DNA of 64,000 nucleotides from an uncultured Bacteroidales bacterium (GCA_964644135.1 CAZXWD010000001.1:16882-80881), one strand, 5' to 3'; counted from the first letter of the stretch, positions 45,090 to 55,825 are shown. Program-made: numbers and translations. The notes: a model not told the origin generated them from the letters alone.

Positions 45090-46025
45090 TTAGATCAGTT
45101 CTACGCTTTCCACACTTGTTACTTCCGCCATGGAAAATATATTTCCGTTAGTGGTGAGATATGTTCCCGCCATCATAACGTAGTTAACATTGGTCACAGT
45201 TAGATCGATTGATTCTCCATTGTTGTAATTTAATCTGATATTTTGCCCTTCGAACACAGAAGTAAGGTCTCCATAAGCATCATCAAGTCTAACCCTGTAA
45301 TAGTCCCCAACGGTATCGTAAGCAGTTACATCAAATGATTCCGGAAGGCTGTAATCATCATTGTATACTGTCACCTTAACCCTAGTTGAAACTCCTGGCA
45401 ATCTTACATATAAAGATCCGACTCTTGACTCTGTATAAGTGCCATAAGTTATTTTTGACTTGTCTATAGTCAGGGTCAGATTTATAACATCATCTGCCTT
45501 GATACTTATAACAGAACCTACAAGCCATTCACTTGCAAAATATCCTGTAACAGATTCGGAAATATAAACATCCCATTCTTTAGTTTTTTCACTAAGGTTT
45601 GAAATTTCAATCGTAAGTGAAACTGTTGATACATCTTTTGCACATACCACATCATCAGCTTTAATGGAAAGATTAGTTGCTACATTGACTTCTTCATAAT
45701 ACCAGAACGATCCTGAAGAAATACAAGCATAGGTTTTTTCATAATTACTTGTAGCAACAAAAAGGCTGGTTCCTTCAGGATGACTGTTAAAATCCAGACC
45801 ATTTAGATAGGTTTCAATGTCCGTTTCCGTGGTAATCACAATGTCGCAATATCCGGAACTTTGTGAGGCTATTAATTGACGTATCTTGCCCCTGTCAGTT
45901 CGCATACTTAACACACCGTTATCGTTGAACAAATCAATTACTCTTCCGTGGTTGCCTAAAAGCCTTAGCCTGGTAGCGTTCAACCATCCGGCAGTGTTGC
46001 CAAACTTAAAATTTTTGTTTCTCAT
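45090..46025 (-). CDS. structural protein with repeated Ig-like segments
   Basis: Internal repeats SIKADDVVCAKDVSTVSLTIEISN and SIKADDVINLTLTIDKS. Confidence 0.45.
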   Translation of the reverse strand: MRNKNFKFGNTAGWLNATRLRLLGNHGRVIDLFNDNGVLSMRTDRGKIRQLIASQSSGYCDIVITTETDIETYLNGLDFNSHPEGTSLFVATSNYEKTYACISSGSFWYYEEVNVATNLSIKADDVVCAKDVSTVSLTIEISNLSEKTKEWDVYISESVTGYFASEWLVGSVISIKADDVINLTLTIDKSKITYGTYTESRVGSLYVRLPGVSTRVKVTVYNDDYSLPESFDVTAYDTVGDYYRVRLDDAYGDLTSVFEGQNIRLNYNNGESIDLTVTNVNYVMMAGTYLTTNGNIFSMAEVTSVESVELI

Positions 46026-46048
46026 AATCTGTTATGTTAAAACGGATG

Positions 46049-46073
46049 AAAAAAAAGGGAGCCAGAAGCTCCC
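46049..46073 (-). terminator. rho-independent terminator
   Basis: On the minus strand: gggagc, ttctg, gctccc, then T8. Confidence 0.65.
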
Positions 46074-46080
46074 ATATTTT

Positions 46081-47331
46081 TTATGAGGCAGGCCTGATCA
46101 CGATATAACTCACTATCGTATCGCCTCCAGGATCCCCATCGAATGTGAATGTTAGACTGTCAGATCCGGTAACAGCACTTACACCTACTACATTGTTTGT
46201 GCCATCGTCAATAATAGACCACATGACTTGATCGTTTAATACAGCTCCGGTAACATCGATCGTTACAGCTGCTCCGTTTGCAGCATCTGAATTGCTTTCA
46301 GTGCTGGAATCGCCATCTACGTGCGCAGTGTCATCGGCGACGTGTGTATTAAGTTTAGCTTTCAAGTCATTCAGATCTACGATTGTCTCGGCAAGAGTAG
46401 TTGGTGCAGTTGCATCTGCAAGAGAAGCATCACCGGCCTCTTGTGCTATGTGGTATGTCCAACTATCTGCAGCTTCAGCATCGGCATCATGACTGTCATA
46501 TGAAGTCAGTAAAGCCGTTGTTAGGGCTATCAGAGAGGTCAGATCAGTAGCATCGGCAGTTGAAACGGCCGTATCTGCAGCAATGTGTTCTTCGACATAA
46601 GCTGCATCGGCAGTTGATTCTGTCCCGCTATCACCTGCTGTATGAGCCGTATCATCAGCTACGTGAGTGTTTAGCTTAGCTTTCAGATCGTTCAGTCTTG
46701 TAATGCATTCGTGAATATCTGTGGGAGCAGTCGCATCAGCTAACGAAGCATCACCGGCTTCCTGGGCCTGGTGTACCGTGGGTGCGGCTCCTTCTGCATC
46801 AGCATCATGTGTATCATATGTACTCAACAACTCAGTTGTCAATGCTATTAAACTTGTAAGATCTGTTGCATCGGCAGCATCAACGTTTCCATCTGCAAGT
46901 TCTGCAGTATGTTCTTCTCCACTGCTTCCGGCATCGTCGACATGTGTGTTGAATGTTGTTTTTAATGCATTGGCAAGTGCAATAGCGGAATTCAGTCCAC
47001 CATCACCTGCATCAGCATAATGATCATTCAAGGTCGATTTCAAAGAATTCGCAAGAGTTATTGCAGAACTTAACCCGTCATCGTTTTCATTGTCAAGCAA
47101 GGTTCTTGCATCTTCTGCCTTGATCGGATATGCCCTGTTTTCAGCATCTGCCTGGTCAACAGCTTTTAATTTTGCAACGATTTTTGAGATGTGATCTTTT
47201 ACGCTTTTAGCTGCAGCACCAAGGTAAGAGGACTCTTCATTCAAAGATGTTATTTCCACATCTTTAGCCTCTTTGACTTTGTATTTTCCTTCAAAGTCAT
47301 AATGTTCGCCTGTTTTTTTATCTATAGCCAT
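46081..47331 (-). CDS. Ala/Asp/Thr-rich repeat protein (head-fibre or decoration candidate)
   Basis: Two 106-aa tandem repeats plus shorter copies. The [LFY][ND][DTS]H motif occurs six times. Beta-rich C-terminus. Confidence 0.5.
   Translation of the reverse strand: MAIDKKTGEHYDFEGKYKVKEAKDVEITSLNEESSYLGAAAKSVKDHISKIVAKLKAVDQADAENRAYPIKAEDARTLLDNENDDGLSSAITLANSLKSTLNDHYADAGDGGLNSAIALANALKTTFNTHVDDAGSSGEEHTAELADGNVDAADATDLTSLIALTTELLSTYDTHDADAEGAAPTVHQAQEAGDASLADATAPTDIHECITRLNDLKAKLNTHVADDTAHTAGDSGTESTADAAYVEEHIAADTAVSTADATDLTSLIALTTALLTSYDSHDADAEAADSWTYHIAQEAGDASLADATAPTTLAETIVDLNDLKAKLNTHVADDTAHVDGDSSTESNSDAANGAAVTIDVTGAVLNDQVMWSIIDDGTNNVVGVSAVTGSDSLTFTFDGDPGGDTIVSYIVIRPAS
46276..46875 (-). 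repeat. two tandem ~318-nt coding repeats
   Basis: aa 153-246 versus aa 259-352: ADATDLTSLIALTT...EAGDASLADATAPT...LNDLKAKLNTHVADDTAH. Confidence 0.85.
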
Positions 47332-47401
47332 TGTTTTGTGTTTTTGAGGTTAGAAAATGGAGAGGACCTAAGCCCCCCCCTTAATTACCCAAAATCCGAG
47401 G

Positions 47402-48586
47402 TTACACAATGGTAACACTCAGTGCTGATTCAATGGCAGATTCAAGCGCTGTGAGATATCCGCTGTTTGATTCATTGGCATACAGCACATAGTGAATGTC
47501 CTCGTTCTTACTGTACCCTGTTAGGGTAGAGCTGGACGGCTTGGCATCCTCTATGATGTGAAACTCTGTATACGTTTTGGTTGTGTCCACAGCCTCATTC
47601 AAGATCTGATCAGCTTCACCTGTAACGATAGTTTCACCGTCAGGAGCGAATACAGGGGTGTTCTGAGACATCCTTGATCCTATGCCGCGGCTGTAAACTC
47701 CGGTTCTTCCGTACAACACTCCGGTACTGTCAACAGCAAGTGTTGAGGTTCCGATCTCAACAGTGGCATCTGTACCTGTAAATCCGGCCGTAAGCATGAC
47801 TCCGGTCTTCCCGCGGGAAGCTCCACTGGGGCGTGCCGGGAAGTAATCCCCGTCGTCAACGATTACCATGCCCTGGCCTTTGTTGGCTGAGGCAGTTATG
47901 TCCACAGCTGCCGTACATACAAATCCGGAAGTTCCGCCCGTAAGTGTTTTCGAAGCGGAAAGCCAGCTCGAGGTGTCTGAAACATCGTAAAGCCAGATGT
48001 ATCCGGCTGCAGTCGTAGCATTGATCGTTCCGCTTGTTACAGAAACGGCCGCTATTTTTGCAGTTACTCCGGAGGTTTCCTGGGTCACCGTTTCGCCAAC
48101 CTGGGGAAGAGCTGTCTGACCTGCTGTAAATGCAACCTTATGCACCAGGTAAGCACCAACTTTGTTGTATGCTTTAGCATTGATCTTGTTTACCAGATCA
48201 TAGTACATGTTGTACCGGTCTGTTGCAGGCGTTCCGGTCAGTGTTGCCGGGGCCTTGTAATTGTAAATGTACTCGGTTTGCTTCTGCCCTTCCTTGACGG
48301 CGTTATTGAAAAGTATGATCTGATACCTGGTATCAGCCACGACTGTTTCATCTGCTCTTCCTACAAGGGCTATCTGGGCGACTTCCGCCTGGGAAGCTAC
48401 TTTATATGCCCTGGTCACGGATCCCTTTTCAAAAGGAGGCAAAATGTTTGCGATTGAACTGGCAGAGTTGTCCTCACAGATTATACACTGTCCAGGAAAC
48501 GGGCCATCTGCGGAAACGTCCTTGACATTACCGCCGCCAGATTTTAAAGTGTTAATGATGGCTTTTCTGATTACTGTTCTACTCAT
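47402..48586 (-). CDS. hypothetical major structural protein (394 aa)
   Basis: ATG start. Ala/Thr/Gly/Val-rich, beta-type composition. Lies in the head-tail block. Confidence 0.45.
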   Translation of the reverse strand: MSRTVIRKAIINTLKSGGGNVKDVSADGPFPGQCIICEDNSASSIANILPPFEKGSVTRAYKVASQAEVAQIALVGRADETVVADTRYQIILFNNAVKEGQKQTEYIYNYKAPATLTGTPATDRYNMYYDLVNKINAKAYNKVGAYLVHKVAFTAGQTALPQVGETVTQETSGVTAKIAAVSVTSGTINATTAAGYIWLYDVSDTSSWLSASKTLTGGTSGFVCTAAVDITASANKGQGMVIVDDGDYFPARPSGASRGKTGVMLTAGFTGTDATVEIGTSTLAVDSTGVLYGRTGVYSRGIGSRMSQNTPVFAPDGETIVTGEADQILNEAVDTTKTYTEFHIIEDAKPSSSTLTGYSKNEDIHYVLYANESNSGYLTALESAIESALSVTIV

Positions 48587-48648
48587 GGTTTCTCTTTTTT
48601 TTGAGTTATTATTAATTTAATTCCCGTGGAGCTCTACGGCTCTAAGGG

Positions 48649-49470
48649 TTACTTCTTGTCAATGTCCTCTTCAAGATTTACCGACTTGTTATAATCTGCC
48701 ACGTTACCGCTGAGGATTGCTGCTGCTTTACGGCAAAGCTCTTCATGAAGCGAATCCGGAAGATCTGTACCCGTATAGTTCTTGAATACAACTCCTGAAT
48801 TAAGGGTTGCAGAGTTTCCTTGGATCGTGTACTCCACCTCAGACTCAACGTTGACGTTTTCGGTATAGGATCCAAAGACTTCGGTTATTACCGCATCGGT
48901 ATAAGCAATGATTTTCTGGCCATTGGTAAACGAGGCCCCTACAGTACTTACTTCCGTTCCTATGGAAACGCGTTGAGGTTCTGCAATGTAATACATATCA
49001 CCGCTGATCAGGGTTCCGATATCTCCGAACACAACTTTGTGCCCTTCGGAAGATTCTATTCTATATATCCTCTCCGGGAAACTTATGGAAGGCCTTCTAA
49101 ACGGGTCAAGATTGATTACTGCATATTCATCATATGTCAACGGAATTGTTGATATGACAGTCCCGCTGACATTTGCTTCAAGGATCAGGCACATCATGTA
49201 ATCATCAGGAAACTTTGAAACCGGAATGATATCTCCGGAAGCATCCATGCCGGTCTTTTTTTTGACGAGTGTATAAAGCTCATCTCTTAACATCTGTGTC
49301 TGCTGCCACTTGGCATCTTTTTGATCATTCCTGGCTCTTTCGACCCTTCTTAAAATGATATCATAGATAGCCGAATTAATGGCTTTATCTACAGCACCTT
49401 TGCGCCACCTAGGGCTCATTTCTGAGTCCAGATAAAACTTGATCTTATAATGTAGCTGAACGATGTTCAT
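48649..49470 (-). CDS. hypothetical structural protein
   Basis: ATG start, 273 aa. Confidence 0.45.
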   Translation of the reverse strand: MNIVQLHYKIKFYLDSEMSPRWRKGAVDKAINSAIYDIILRRVERARNDQKDAKWQQTQMLRDELYTLVKKKTGMDASGDIIPVSKFPDDYMMCLILEANVSGTVISTIPLTYDEYAVINLDPFRRPSISFPERIYRIESSEGHKVVFGDIGTLISGDMYYIAEPQRVSIGTEVSTVGASFTNGQKIIAYTDAVITEVFGSYTENVNVESEVEYTIQGNSATLNSGVVFKNYTGTDLPDSLHEELCRKAAAILSGNVADYNKSVNLEEDIDKK

Positions 49471-49533
49471 GATTTACCTGTTAGTTCTAAATTGATGTGT
49501 TGAAATTATCAATACAGTTTGCTGTTGTCAAGT

Positions 49534-50688
49534 TTACTTTTTAGCCCTGGTAGTTTTTCTTGCCGGTGTTTTCTTGGCCGGGATGTTTTTTTTCACTGCC
49601 TTTTCGACTTGGTCGAAACTATCCGGTTCAAAATCATCATCGCCTTCCTTGGCTTTAGTTTCATCAAGCGTCTCGGTCTCTTTCTTGTCTTCGATCACCT
49701 CGGCGACAGGCGGCTTATCTACCCTTTCATTCATGAATTTTTCAAGTTCTGCCTGTTGCTTATCGACCTTTTCCTGGAGTTTTTTGTACTCCTCGTAAGT
49801 GATGTTTTCCGGCAACTCTTTTGCAGACTCATCTTCTGTCATTTCTGCAATCTCAAAAGTGAAGGTAGTGTCCGGCTCGATTTCTTTGATCCGCCTGGTC
49901 AGTGCAGTTAAGGCAACGTTATTATCTTTAAGATTGGCAACAACCTCTACATCTGTCATTCCCAGGTTCTGTCCATTAAAAACAAGCCCCATCTCATCTT
50001 CTTTGATAATCTTAAAAGCCATGGCCATACGGACAGCTTCCATGATAGGACGGTTCGGATCTTTAAACATGTTGATAAATTCCTGGGGTGAATGCATGGC
50101 TCTTTTGTAAAGTTGTCCTCGCAAAACTTTAGGTGTCATGCCTTCTACCACCTCGATACCCATGTATCTGGCCAGAGGTGTTACTTCTTCTTTAGAGAGG
50201 TTTTCAACCATCTGGAGAGCTCTGCCTACAAGACCTGCCCTTTCTGATTCACGATCTGCCTCAACATCCTGGTCGTAAACTTCAAACAGGGGATCATCTA
50301 TTGCAAAAGGAGATCCGTCAAGGGTGTGATGCATTCTGACAACAAGCCAGGCCTGGGCCTCATACATGTTGTTCAGATCAAAAGTATTCCGTTCAAGAAG
50401 CGTAATTTTCCTCCACTTGATATTGCCGTCTACGTGCATACCGATAGGAATTCCGTATAATATTCCGGTTACCGGGTCTTTGGTAAACGTGATCTGGCGT
50501 TGAAGTTCTTTGTGCTTGTCTATTCTGATAGCCTTGACTTCAATAACCATGGACATATTGTTCTCCAGCCGGTATCGCTGCAGGTTTTCTACAGCTTTGT
50601 TCATATCGATAATTTTGGTCTTGAATTCTCCATATTCGATGTAAGGCATGGAGCGCCTTTCTTTGAGAGATACAGTTAAATGTTTCAT
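49534..50688 (-). CDS. hypothetical head-associated protein with acidic region and Lys/Arg-rich C-terminal tail
   Basis: Directly downstream of the capsid gene. Ends KKNIPAKKTPARKTTRAKK. Confidence 0.45.
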   Translation of the reverse strand: MKHLTVSLKERRSMPYIEYGEFKTKIIDMNKAVENLQRYRLENNMSMVIEVKAIRIDKHKELQRQITFTKDPVTGILYGIPIGMHVDGNIKWRKITLLERNTFDLNNMYEAQAWLVVRMHHTLDGSPFAIDDPLFEVYDQDVEADRESERAGLVGRALQMVENLSKEEVTPLARYMGIEVVEGMTPKVLRGQLYKRAMHSPQEFINMFKDPNRPIMEAVRMAMAFKIIKEDEMGLVFNGQNLGMTDVEVVANLKDNNVALTALTRRIKEIEPDTTFTFEIAEMTEDESAKELPENITYEEYKKLQEKVDKQQAELEKFMNERVDKPPVAEVIEDKKETETLDETKAKEGDDDFEPDSFDQVEKAVKKNIPAKKTPARKTTRAKK

Positions 50689-50713
50689 TTTATAAAGAGA
50701 TTTTAGTTTTTAA

Positions 50714-50744
50714 GGAAAAAAGGAAGAGGCCGGAGCCTCTTCCT
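50714..50744 (-). terminator. strong rho-independent terminator after the capsid gene
   Basis: Perfect 10-bp stem aggaagaggc/gcctcttcct, 4-nt loop, and T6 on the minus strand. Confidence 0.8.
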
Positions 50745-50762
50745 AAAGTTATTATGGATGAA

Positions 50763-52277
50763 TTAAGCAGTGGCAGGCGGTTCAATGATCGCACAGGACT
50801 TGCTGTTGTAAACAACAAGCATTGTTTCTTTCAGCATCTGGAATTCCTTTCCGTCAACTGAAGTCTGTGCTCTGCCGTCGCCAGTCATACCGTTTTCATA
50901 GAAATAAACCATATTACGGTTTACTCCCAGGCGGCCACGAGTCCTGATTTCAACGTTCGGCCTGCCCGATTCGTTCTGACTCATGTCAATGAGATAGTAA
51001 GTGGAGCTTTGCGCCAGCTTACCATTTGAAAGCCTTCTGGGATATTTTTCTTCATCATCAAAGGCCGGGTTTTCAACAAAAACGATTGTGTTTCCATTGA
51101 CATTGATAACCTGGAAGTTGAAGCCTATTCTTGGTGAGGCTCCACCCGGGGTCTGATCCTGAGTGATGTTGTGGGTGATGTTGTAATAGTTCTTGCCATG
51201 AATGGCAGCCTGCTCGTGGGCGTTTCTCATACCGTCGTTACCGGTTACGGCATAGAAAAGTTGTCCGCCCATATTGACAGATTTCTTCTTTACCATTCCG
51301 ATTACATCAGAGAAGTCGTCCCATACAGCCTCGCCATTGGTTCCTGAGGCTTCAACATCGTTGGCTCCGCGGATCTGTTCGATCAGTGCGTCTCCGGAAA
51401 CAATAGGCATGCCAGTTTCCTTATCCGTCATGGACGGGGCAGGAAGAAGGTTGCCATAAGAATCCTTCATGGTTGATTTTCCGTGCCATTTGTTGAACTC
51501 ATCTTCAAGCAGGAACTGGGCCCGGGCCTGAGATTCGATCCAGAAGATCCATCCCTTTACCGGTTCACCCTTGCTATTTTTGGTCATGTACCACAGTACC
51601 CTTTCAGCATTGGCATCACCGGTAATGGCAGCGCCTTTCCTCTGAATGGTAAAGTGATTGATAAAGCTGTCCGGATAGAATGTCCTTCCGAAGCCCCTGA
51701 GAGACCTTTCACCGTGCATGGTATAACCACCCCAGCAGGTCTTCACACCCTGTTGCGGAGCTACCCATGTCGACCAGTCAAAAGAATCCCCTGGGAAACA
51801 CTGGAAGTTGTACAGCCAGTATCCGGGTGCTTTCGTTACACCCATTACCCTTGCCTGCTTGCCATTATAAAACATGGCTACCATGTCCGGCTGCAGCATG
51901 TTGTCATACATTTTCAGGGTAAACCAGCCTCCTTCAGTAGACGATCCTGCCGTAGCAGTTCCTACCTCTGAAGTGCCGGCGATCCGGGCCGCCTTCTGGA
52001 TCCTTCCCATGATATGATACTTCCAGGATTTGCTGTCGATCAGCTCACCTTTAGGCACCATCGGGACGCGGGTTTTATATGCTTCTGTGGTACGTGAAAC
52101 GGTAAATGCACCGTTTGTCGCACCGGCTGTGATGAAAGTCATCAAATGCCTTTTCTCGGCATATTCAATGACCTTGTCAAAGCCCTTTTCTGGATAGTTC
52201 TGATGTGCATTTGTCAGGTTCAACTGAGTTGTGCACTCGTCATTCCAGGTTCCTTCAGTTATTTGAATTTTTGCCAT
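50763..52277 (-). CDS. major capsid protein (candidate)
   Basis: 504 aa. Gene order is terminase, portal, scaffold-like, then this gene. Followed by the strongest terminator in the window. Confidence 0.6.
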   Translation of the reverse strand: MAKIQITEGTWNDECTTQLNLTNAHQNYPEKGFDKVIEYAEKRHLMTFITAGATNGAFTVSRTTEAYKTRVPMVPKGELIDSKSWKYHIMGRIQKAARIAGTSEVGTATAGSSTEGGWFTLKMYDNMLQPDMVAMFYNGKQARVMGVTKAPGYWLYNFQCFPGDSFDWSTWVAPQQGVKTCWGGYTMHGERSLRGFGRTFYPDSFINHFTIQRKGAAITGDANAERVLWYMTKNSKGEPVKGWIFWIESQARAQFLLEDEFNKWHGKSTMKDSYGNLLPAPSMTDKETGMPIVSGDALIEQIRGANDVEASGTNGEAVWDDFSDVIGMVKKKSVNMGGQLFYAVTGNDGMRNAHEQAAIHGKNYYNITHNITQDQTPGGASPRIGFNFQVINVNGNTIVFVENPAFDDEEKYPRRLSNGKLAQSSTYYLIDMSQNESGRPNVEIRTRGRLGVNRNMVYFYENGMTGDGRAQTSVDGKEFQMLKETMLVVYNSKSCAIIEPPATA

Positions 52278-52304
52278 TTTTATTTACGATTAATGGTTTG
52301 ACAT

Positions 52305-53582
52305 TTATTGATCAAGACCATCAACCGCATCATCGTCTATACCTGAAACGTCTCCCAAATCTGAGGGATAGTCCGTTTCATTCGGAGCGAATTGTCTGCT
52401 TTGAGCGCCTCCTGCGTTGGCACCTGGAGCGTTTCTGAACTTCTTACCGTTTTCCTTTTCTATGGCCGAGTTATAGCCTGACCTTGACGCCTCTTTGAGT
52501 CGCTTTTCTACATTGGTCATAATGCGCTGTCCGAAAAGATCAAATAACCTTGCCTTTACTTGTGTTTGGGCATTATCATTGTTTTTCGTTAACAGACCCG
52601 CTTTTATTTCCTCACGTAAAAATGCTTTCGTCTTGGCAGGTAATTTCTCACCCATGAATTCTTCCATATCGTCAACGACATTAAGCATAGCATCCTTTTC
52701 AGCTTCGGCTTCCTGGGCTACTCTGCTTTGAATTGCTGTGGTTTTTTCCTCAGCTTCATTCATGAACTGGTCAAAGACCTCGTCTCTTTTGCCCATGATC
52801 ATGCCGTTTATTTTCTTAACGGTTTCGTCGAATTCTCCTTCATCAATCAATTCCTCGATACGGGTAGAGATTTCCTGTTCTGTCTTTAAGTTTTCGGCAT
52901 TCTTCAGATAGTCACCTACCTTCTCCTCATCAGACTTTAACAGATAGTCTGTATAAGGCTTGGTTACATCGGCCAAATCTTTTCGTGTTCCGCCACCCTC
53001 AAAGAACTTGATTATTCCTTGTGTTTCCTCGTCGTACTTTGAGAGATCGAATTCAACTTTTTGACTGGCCTGTTCAAAATGCTTTTTCACTCCTTTTTTG
53101 AATTCATCAAAGGAGTTTCCTTCAAACTCTTCCAGCCCTACTTCTTCAGCTACTCCTGCCCAGTCTACTTTCTCGGTTTGCTTTTTTAGTGCTTTTGCCT
53201 TTTCAAGCTGTGTTTCGAGTTCTGTAGTGTCGAATACATCGTCAGGGCCATCAGCTCCAGTGGAACCTGTCGATCCTGTTTCACCTGTCGGTGCTGTTCC
53301 ACCTGTTTCACCTGTCGGTGCTGTTCCACCTGTTTCACCTGTCGGAGCCGTCGTTCCTGTCGGAGCCGTCGTTCCTGTCGGTGGATTGAACAGATCGTCA
53401 TCCGGGCCACTGTTGCCCGTCGGGCCATCATCAGATCCTGTTGAGCCTGTTGATCCGGGAGCTGCTGTTGTTCCTGTAGAGCCTTCTGGTTCGAAATTGT
53501 CATCACCTATCTGTCCAAAAGTATCGTCTTCAAAGGTGTCTTCGTAGCCGGTAGGTTCTTTTTCTGTTTTTGTTTTTGCCAT
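52305..53582 (-). CDS. scaffolding-like protein with N-terminal PTG/ETG repeats
   Basis: Lies between the portal and capsid genes. Acidic, helix-rich C-terminal 300 aa. N-terminal [35 protein letters not shown]. Confidence 0.45.
   Translation of the reverse strand: MAKTKTEKEPTGYEDTFEDDTFGQIGDDNFEPEGSTGTTAAPGSTGSTGSDDGPTGNSGPDDDLFNPPTGTTAPTGTTAPTGETGGTAPTGETGGTAPTGETGSTGSTGADGPDDVFDTTELETQLEKAKALKKQTEKVDWAGVAEEVGLEEFEGNSFDEFKKGVKKHFEQASQKVEFDLSKYDEETQGIIKFFEGGGTRKDLADVTKPYTDYLLKSDEEKVGDYLKNAENLKTEQEISTRIEELIDEGEFDETVKKINGMIMGKRDEVFDQFMNEAEEKTTAIQSRVAQEAEAEKDAMLNVVDDMEEFMGEKLPAKTKAFLREEIKAGLLTKNNDNAQTQVKARLFDLFGQRIMTNVEKRLKEASRSGYNSAIEKENGKKFRNAPGANAGGAQSRQFAPNETDYPSDLGDVSGIDDDAVDGLDQ
53275..53381 (-). 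repeat. coding tandem repeats (27-nt unit about 2.6 times, then 18-nt unit twice)
   Basis: cctgtttcacctgtcggtgctgttcca occurs at 53275 and 53302, with a partial copy at 53329. agccgtcgttcctgtcgg occurs at 53346 and 53364. Confidence 0.85.
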
Positions 53583-53593
53583 AATAGAGAGAA

Positions 53594-55783
53594 TTAAGAT
53601 TTATTTTGTTTATCGCTTTTACCTGCGATATTAAGAACTCCTTTTGTAATATCCTGCTGAAGCTTTCCTGCAAGTTTCATCCGCTCAATGTCTTTTTTCT
53701 CTTCCCCTTCTAACTGTATTTTTTCTTTTTCGTGCATCTGGCGGTCCTCACGGTCTTCCCTTGCTGCTTCAATATTTGCTTTTTCCCGTTGTGCTGCACC
53801 TTCTTCTTTCATCTGTGTCTGTTGATTGGCAATCATGCTTACTTCCTGCCATGCATTTTCGAGTATCGACAATCCTTCATTTACATTTTTTGCCAATTCA
53901 AAACCGATCACGTCTTTTGTTCTTAAAGTGCCTGCATTGATCTCCCTGTCAAAATAGGGCCTTATGTTCTGTCTTACTTCCTGTTCCTTCTTGCCATCGC
54001 TTATGAAGACCTTGTAATCAAAATTTTGAAGGTCATTAACAGCGTCCAGATAAGTCATCATCATAGATCCGACCAGGTTCTTCGCCGCGTTTCCGTTTAG
54101 CCATTCTTTGTTCGACTTTGTTTTCTCGATTAGCTTGGTAAGTACCCTGGCCATCCATACAGAATGATAAGCAAAAATGTCTTTGGTAATTGAACGGCTG
54201 GCCTCAATATTCTGCATTGCTCCGGTAGCTGTCTGAGAGGCTTTTGTCAATCCTTCCCTGGATTCGTTGATCCCTGTAATCCGGTCTATTGTCCTTTCAA
54301 TACTGTTTTTCAGCTCCAGTAACGTGTTAAAACTCATACTCAGTCCCAGATCAAGATCCTTGATCAATGAAAGCGCCTGGTCTATTCCGCTTACCTGTGC
54401 CTCATTGCCCTCTTCAGATGAGTTAACCCTGAGAATGCCATGTTCTGATAAATCATAAATGATTTTTTTGAGTTTTTCACCCTTTGGCTTGTAGGCCTCG
54501 TCGTAAACAAAGACCTTGCCTTTCATCTTTTTGATTTCCCGGACGATCTGGTACATGATGATATTGTAAACCTCCGTCAATTCGTAGGTAAGCTCGGCAA
54601 TGCTGATCCTCATTCCGTCTATTGTTTCTGAAAGACAGAATTCATAGTCGGTTTCAGCTTTGTATTTACCATTACTGCCCTCATAGATGATTTTTCGTTC
54701 CAGCGGCTCAGCCTTAATAAAAATGTCTTCGCCTACCCTGACAACTTCCCACACATCCCATGTGTATAGTTTTTCAAACTTAGTATCACCATTCTCAACT
54801 ATTCTAATGTCCCTGTTATTGCCAACTTCTTTCATCCATTCTTTTTCGCTGAGCTCTCTCTTGTAAGGAACGGCAGAATTGTTGCTTTTAGATGTTTTCC
54901 AGAATTCAGGTTTTGGCGCAACAAATTGAATAACATATACAGGTGGCGCGTCTACACCTCCGATATTTCTCCAGCCGACCCGTTCTTCACTATTGCCCTG
55001 TTCCTGTTCTTTTAGTTTGGATCTGTCGGGATCTGAAATAGAAGGCCATTTTGCGAGAATGTCTTTGACGTACATGTATTCCCTGTGTCCATAGAAAGGA
55101 CTTTTTTCAACAAAAGGATCATCTTCCGATTCTTGGTATATTGCATTTTTTGGAGAGATCAGTTTGATTATATCTGTACCGTCAACGTCAGTATCTATCT
55201 TAGCCCCACATTCACTGACTATGGAGAGGTCTGAAAAAGCTTTTTTTGTCCTGAGTTTGATGTACTGGCTTTCTATTTTATCCTCAAGAATGATCTGCAT
55301 GATCTTCTCAAACTTTTGTTTTGGAGCGAGTTTTTCAAAGACATCCGGATCTTCCGGATCAGGAATTTCCATGTTTCCTAAAACCTTGAATCCGGTTTCC
55401 TTTCTTACCGTTTCGATCTCTTCTTTAAGAAACATCATAGCCGCTTTGCGCTGTATCTTTTTTAGCTTTTCGGTTATGGCTTCACTATTGACTGTGCTTA
55501 CAATCGGATCGAGATTAATCGAAAGGTATTCCCCTATTAAAAGTTTGATTTTAGTTCTGCCCAGCTTGTAATCGACATAATCTACAGAGCTTTTGCCTCC
55601 GTATTGCTGCAGAATAAAATTTTTCGATTTGGATTTGACTTTCCCGTTGAACTGATCATACAGTGCGGAAAGAGCTCTTTCCCTTGTCTGTTGCGTGGTC
55701 AGGAAGAACTGAATGGCAGCATCGGCAAATTTTTTCGCCGAGTCCGCATCAACTATTGATAGCAGGTCAGGAAATTGAGGCAT
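53594..55783 (-). CDS. portal protein (candidate)
   Basis: 729 aa, immediately downstream of the large terminase. Charged coiled C-terminal tail. Confidence 0.6.
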   Translation of the reverse strand: MPQFPDLLSIVDADSAKKFADAAIQFFLTTQQTRERALSALYDQFNGKVKSKSKNFILQQYGGKSSVDYVDYKLGRTKIKLLIGEYLSINLDPIVSTVNSEAITEKLKKIQRKAAMMFLKEEIETVRKETGFKVLGNMEIPDPEDPDVFEKLAPKQKFEKIMQIILEDKIESQYIKLRTKKAFSDLSIVSECGAKIDTDVDGTDIIKLISPKNAIYQESEDDPFVEKSPFYGHREYMYVKDILAKWPSISDPDRSKLKEQEQGNSEERVGWRNIGGVDAPPVYVIQFVAPKPEFWKTSKSNNSAVPYKRELSEKEWMKEVGNNRDIRIVENGDTKFEKLYTWDVWEVVRVGEDIFIKAEPLERKIIYEGSNGKYKAETDYEFCLSETIDGMRISIAELTYELTEVYNIIMYQIVREIKKMKGKVFVYDEAYKPKGEKLKKIIYDLSEHGILRVNSSEEGNEAQVSGIDQALSLIKDLDLGLSMSFNTLLELKNSIERTIDRITGINESREGLTKASQTATGAMQNIEASRSITKDIFAYHSVWMARVLTKLIEKTKSNKEWLNGNAAKNLVGSMMMTYLDAVNDLQNFDYKVFISDGKKEQEVRQNIRPYFDREINAGTLRTKDVIGFELAKNVNEGLSILENAWQEVSMIANQQTQMKEEGAAQREKANIEAAREDREDRQMHEKEKIQLEGEEKKDIERMKLAGKLQQDITKGVLNIAGKSDKQNKS

Positions 55784-55825
55784 ATCTTATGTTTGATACA
55801 AAGCAAAGAAAAAAACAAAGTATAG

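Noticed and set aside
48600-48648. The palindrome ccgtggagctctacgg downstream of the 48649 stop, considered as a terminator.
   Set aside because: The hairpin has almost no loop unless the inner pairs open, and no T run follows it on the transcribed strand. That is too weak to call.
53275-53381. A possible CRISPR-like or other non-coding repeat array.
   Set aside because: The repeats are contiguous with no spacers, are in frame, and lie inside a long ORF. I found no repeat-spacer architecture or cas genes anywhere in the window.
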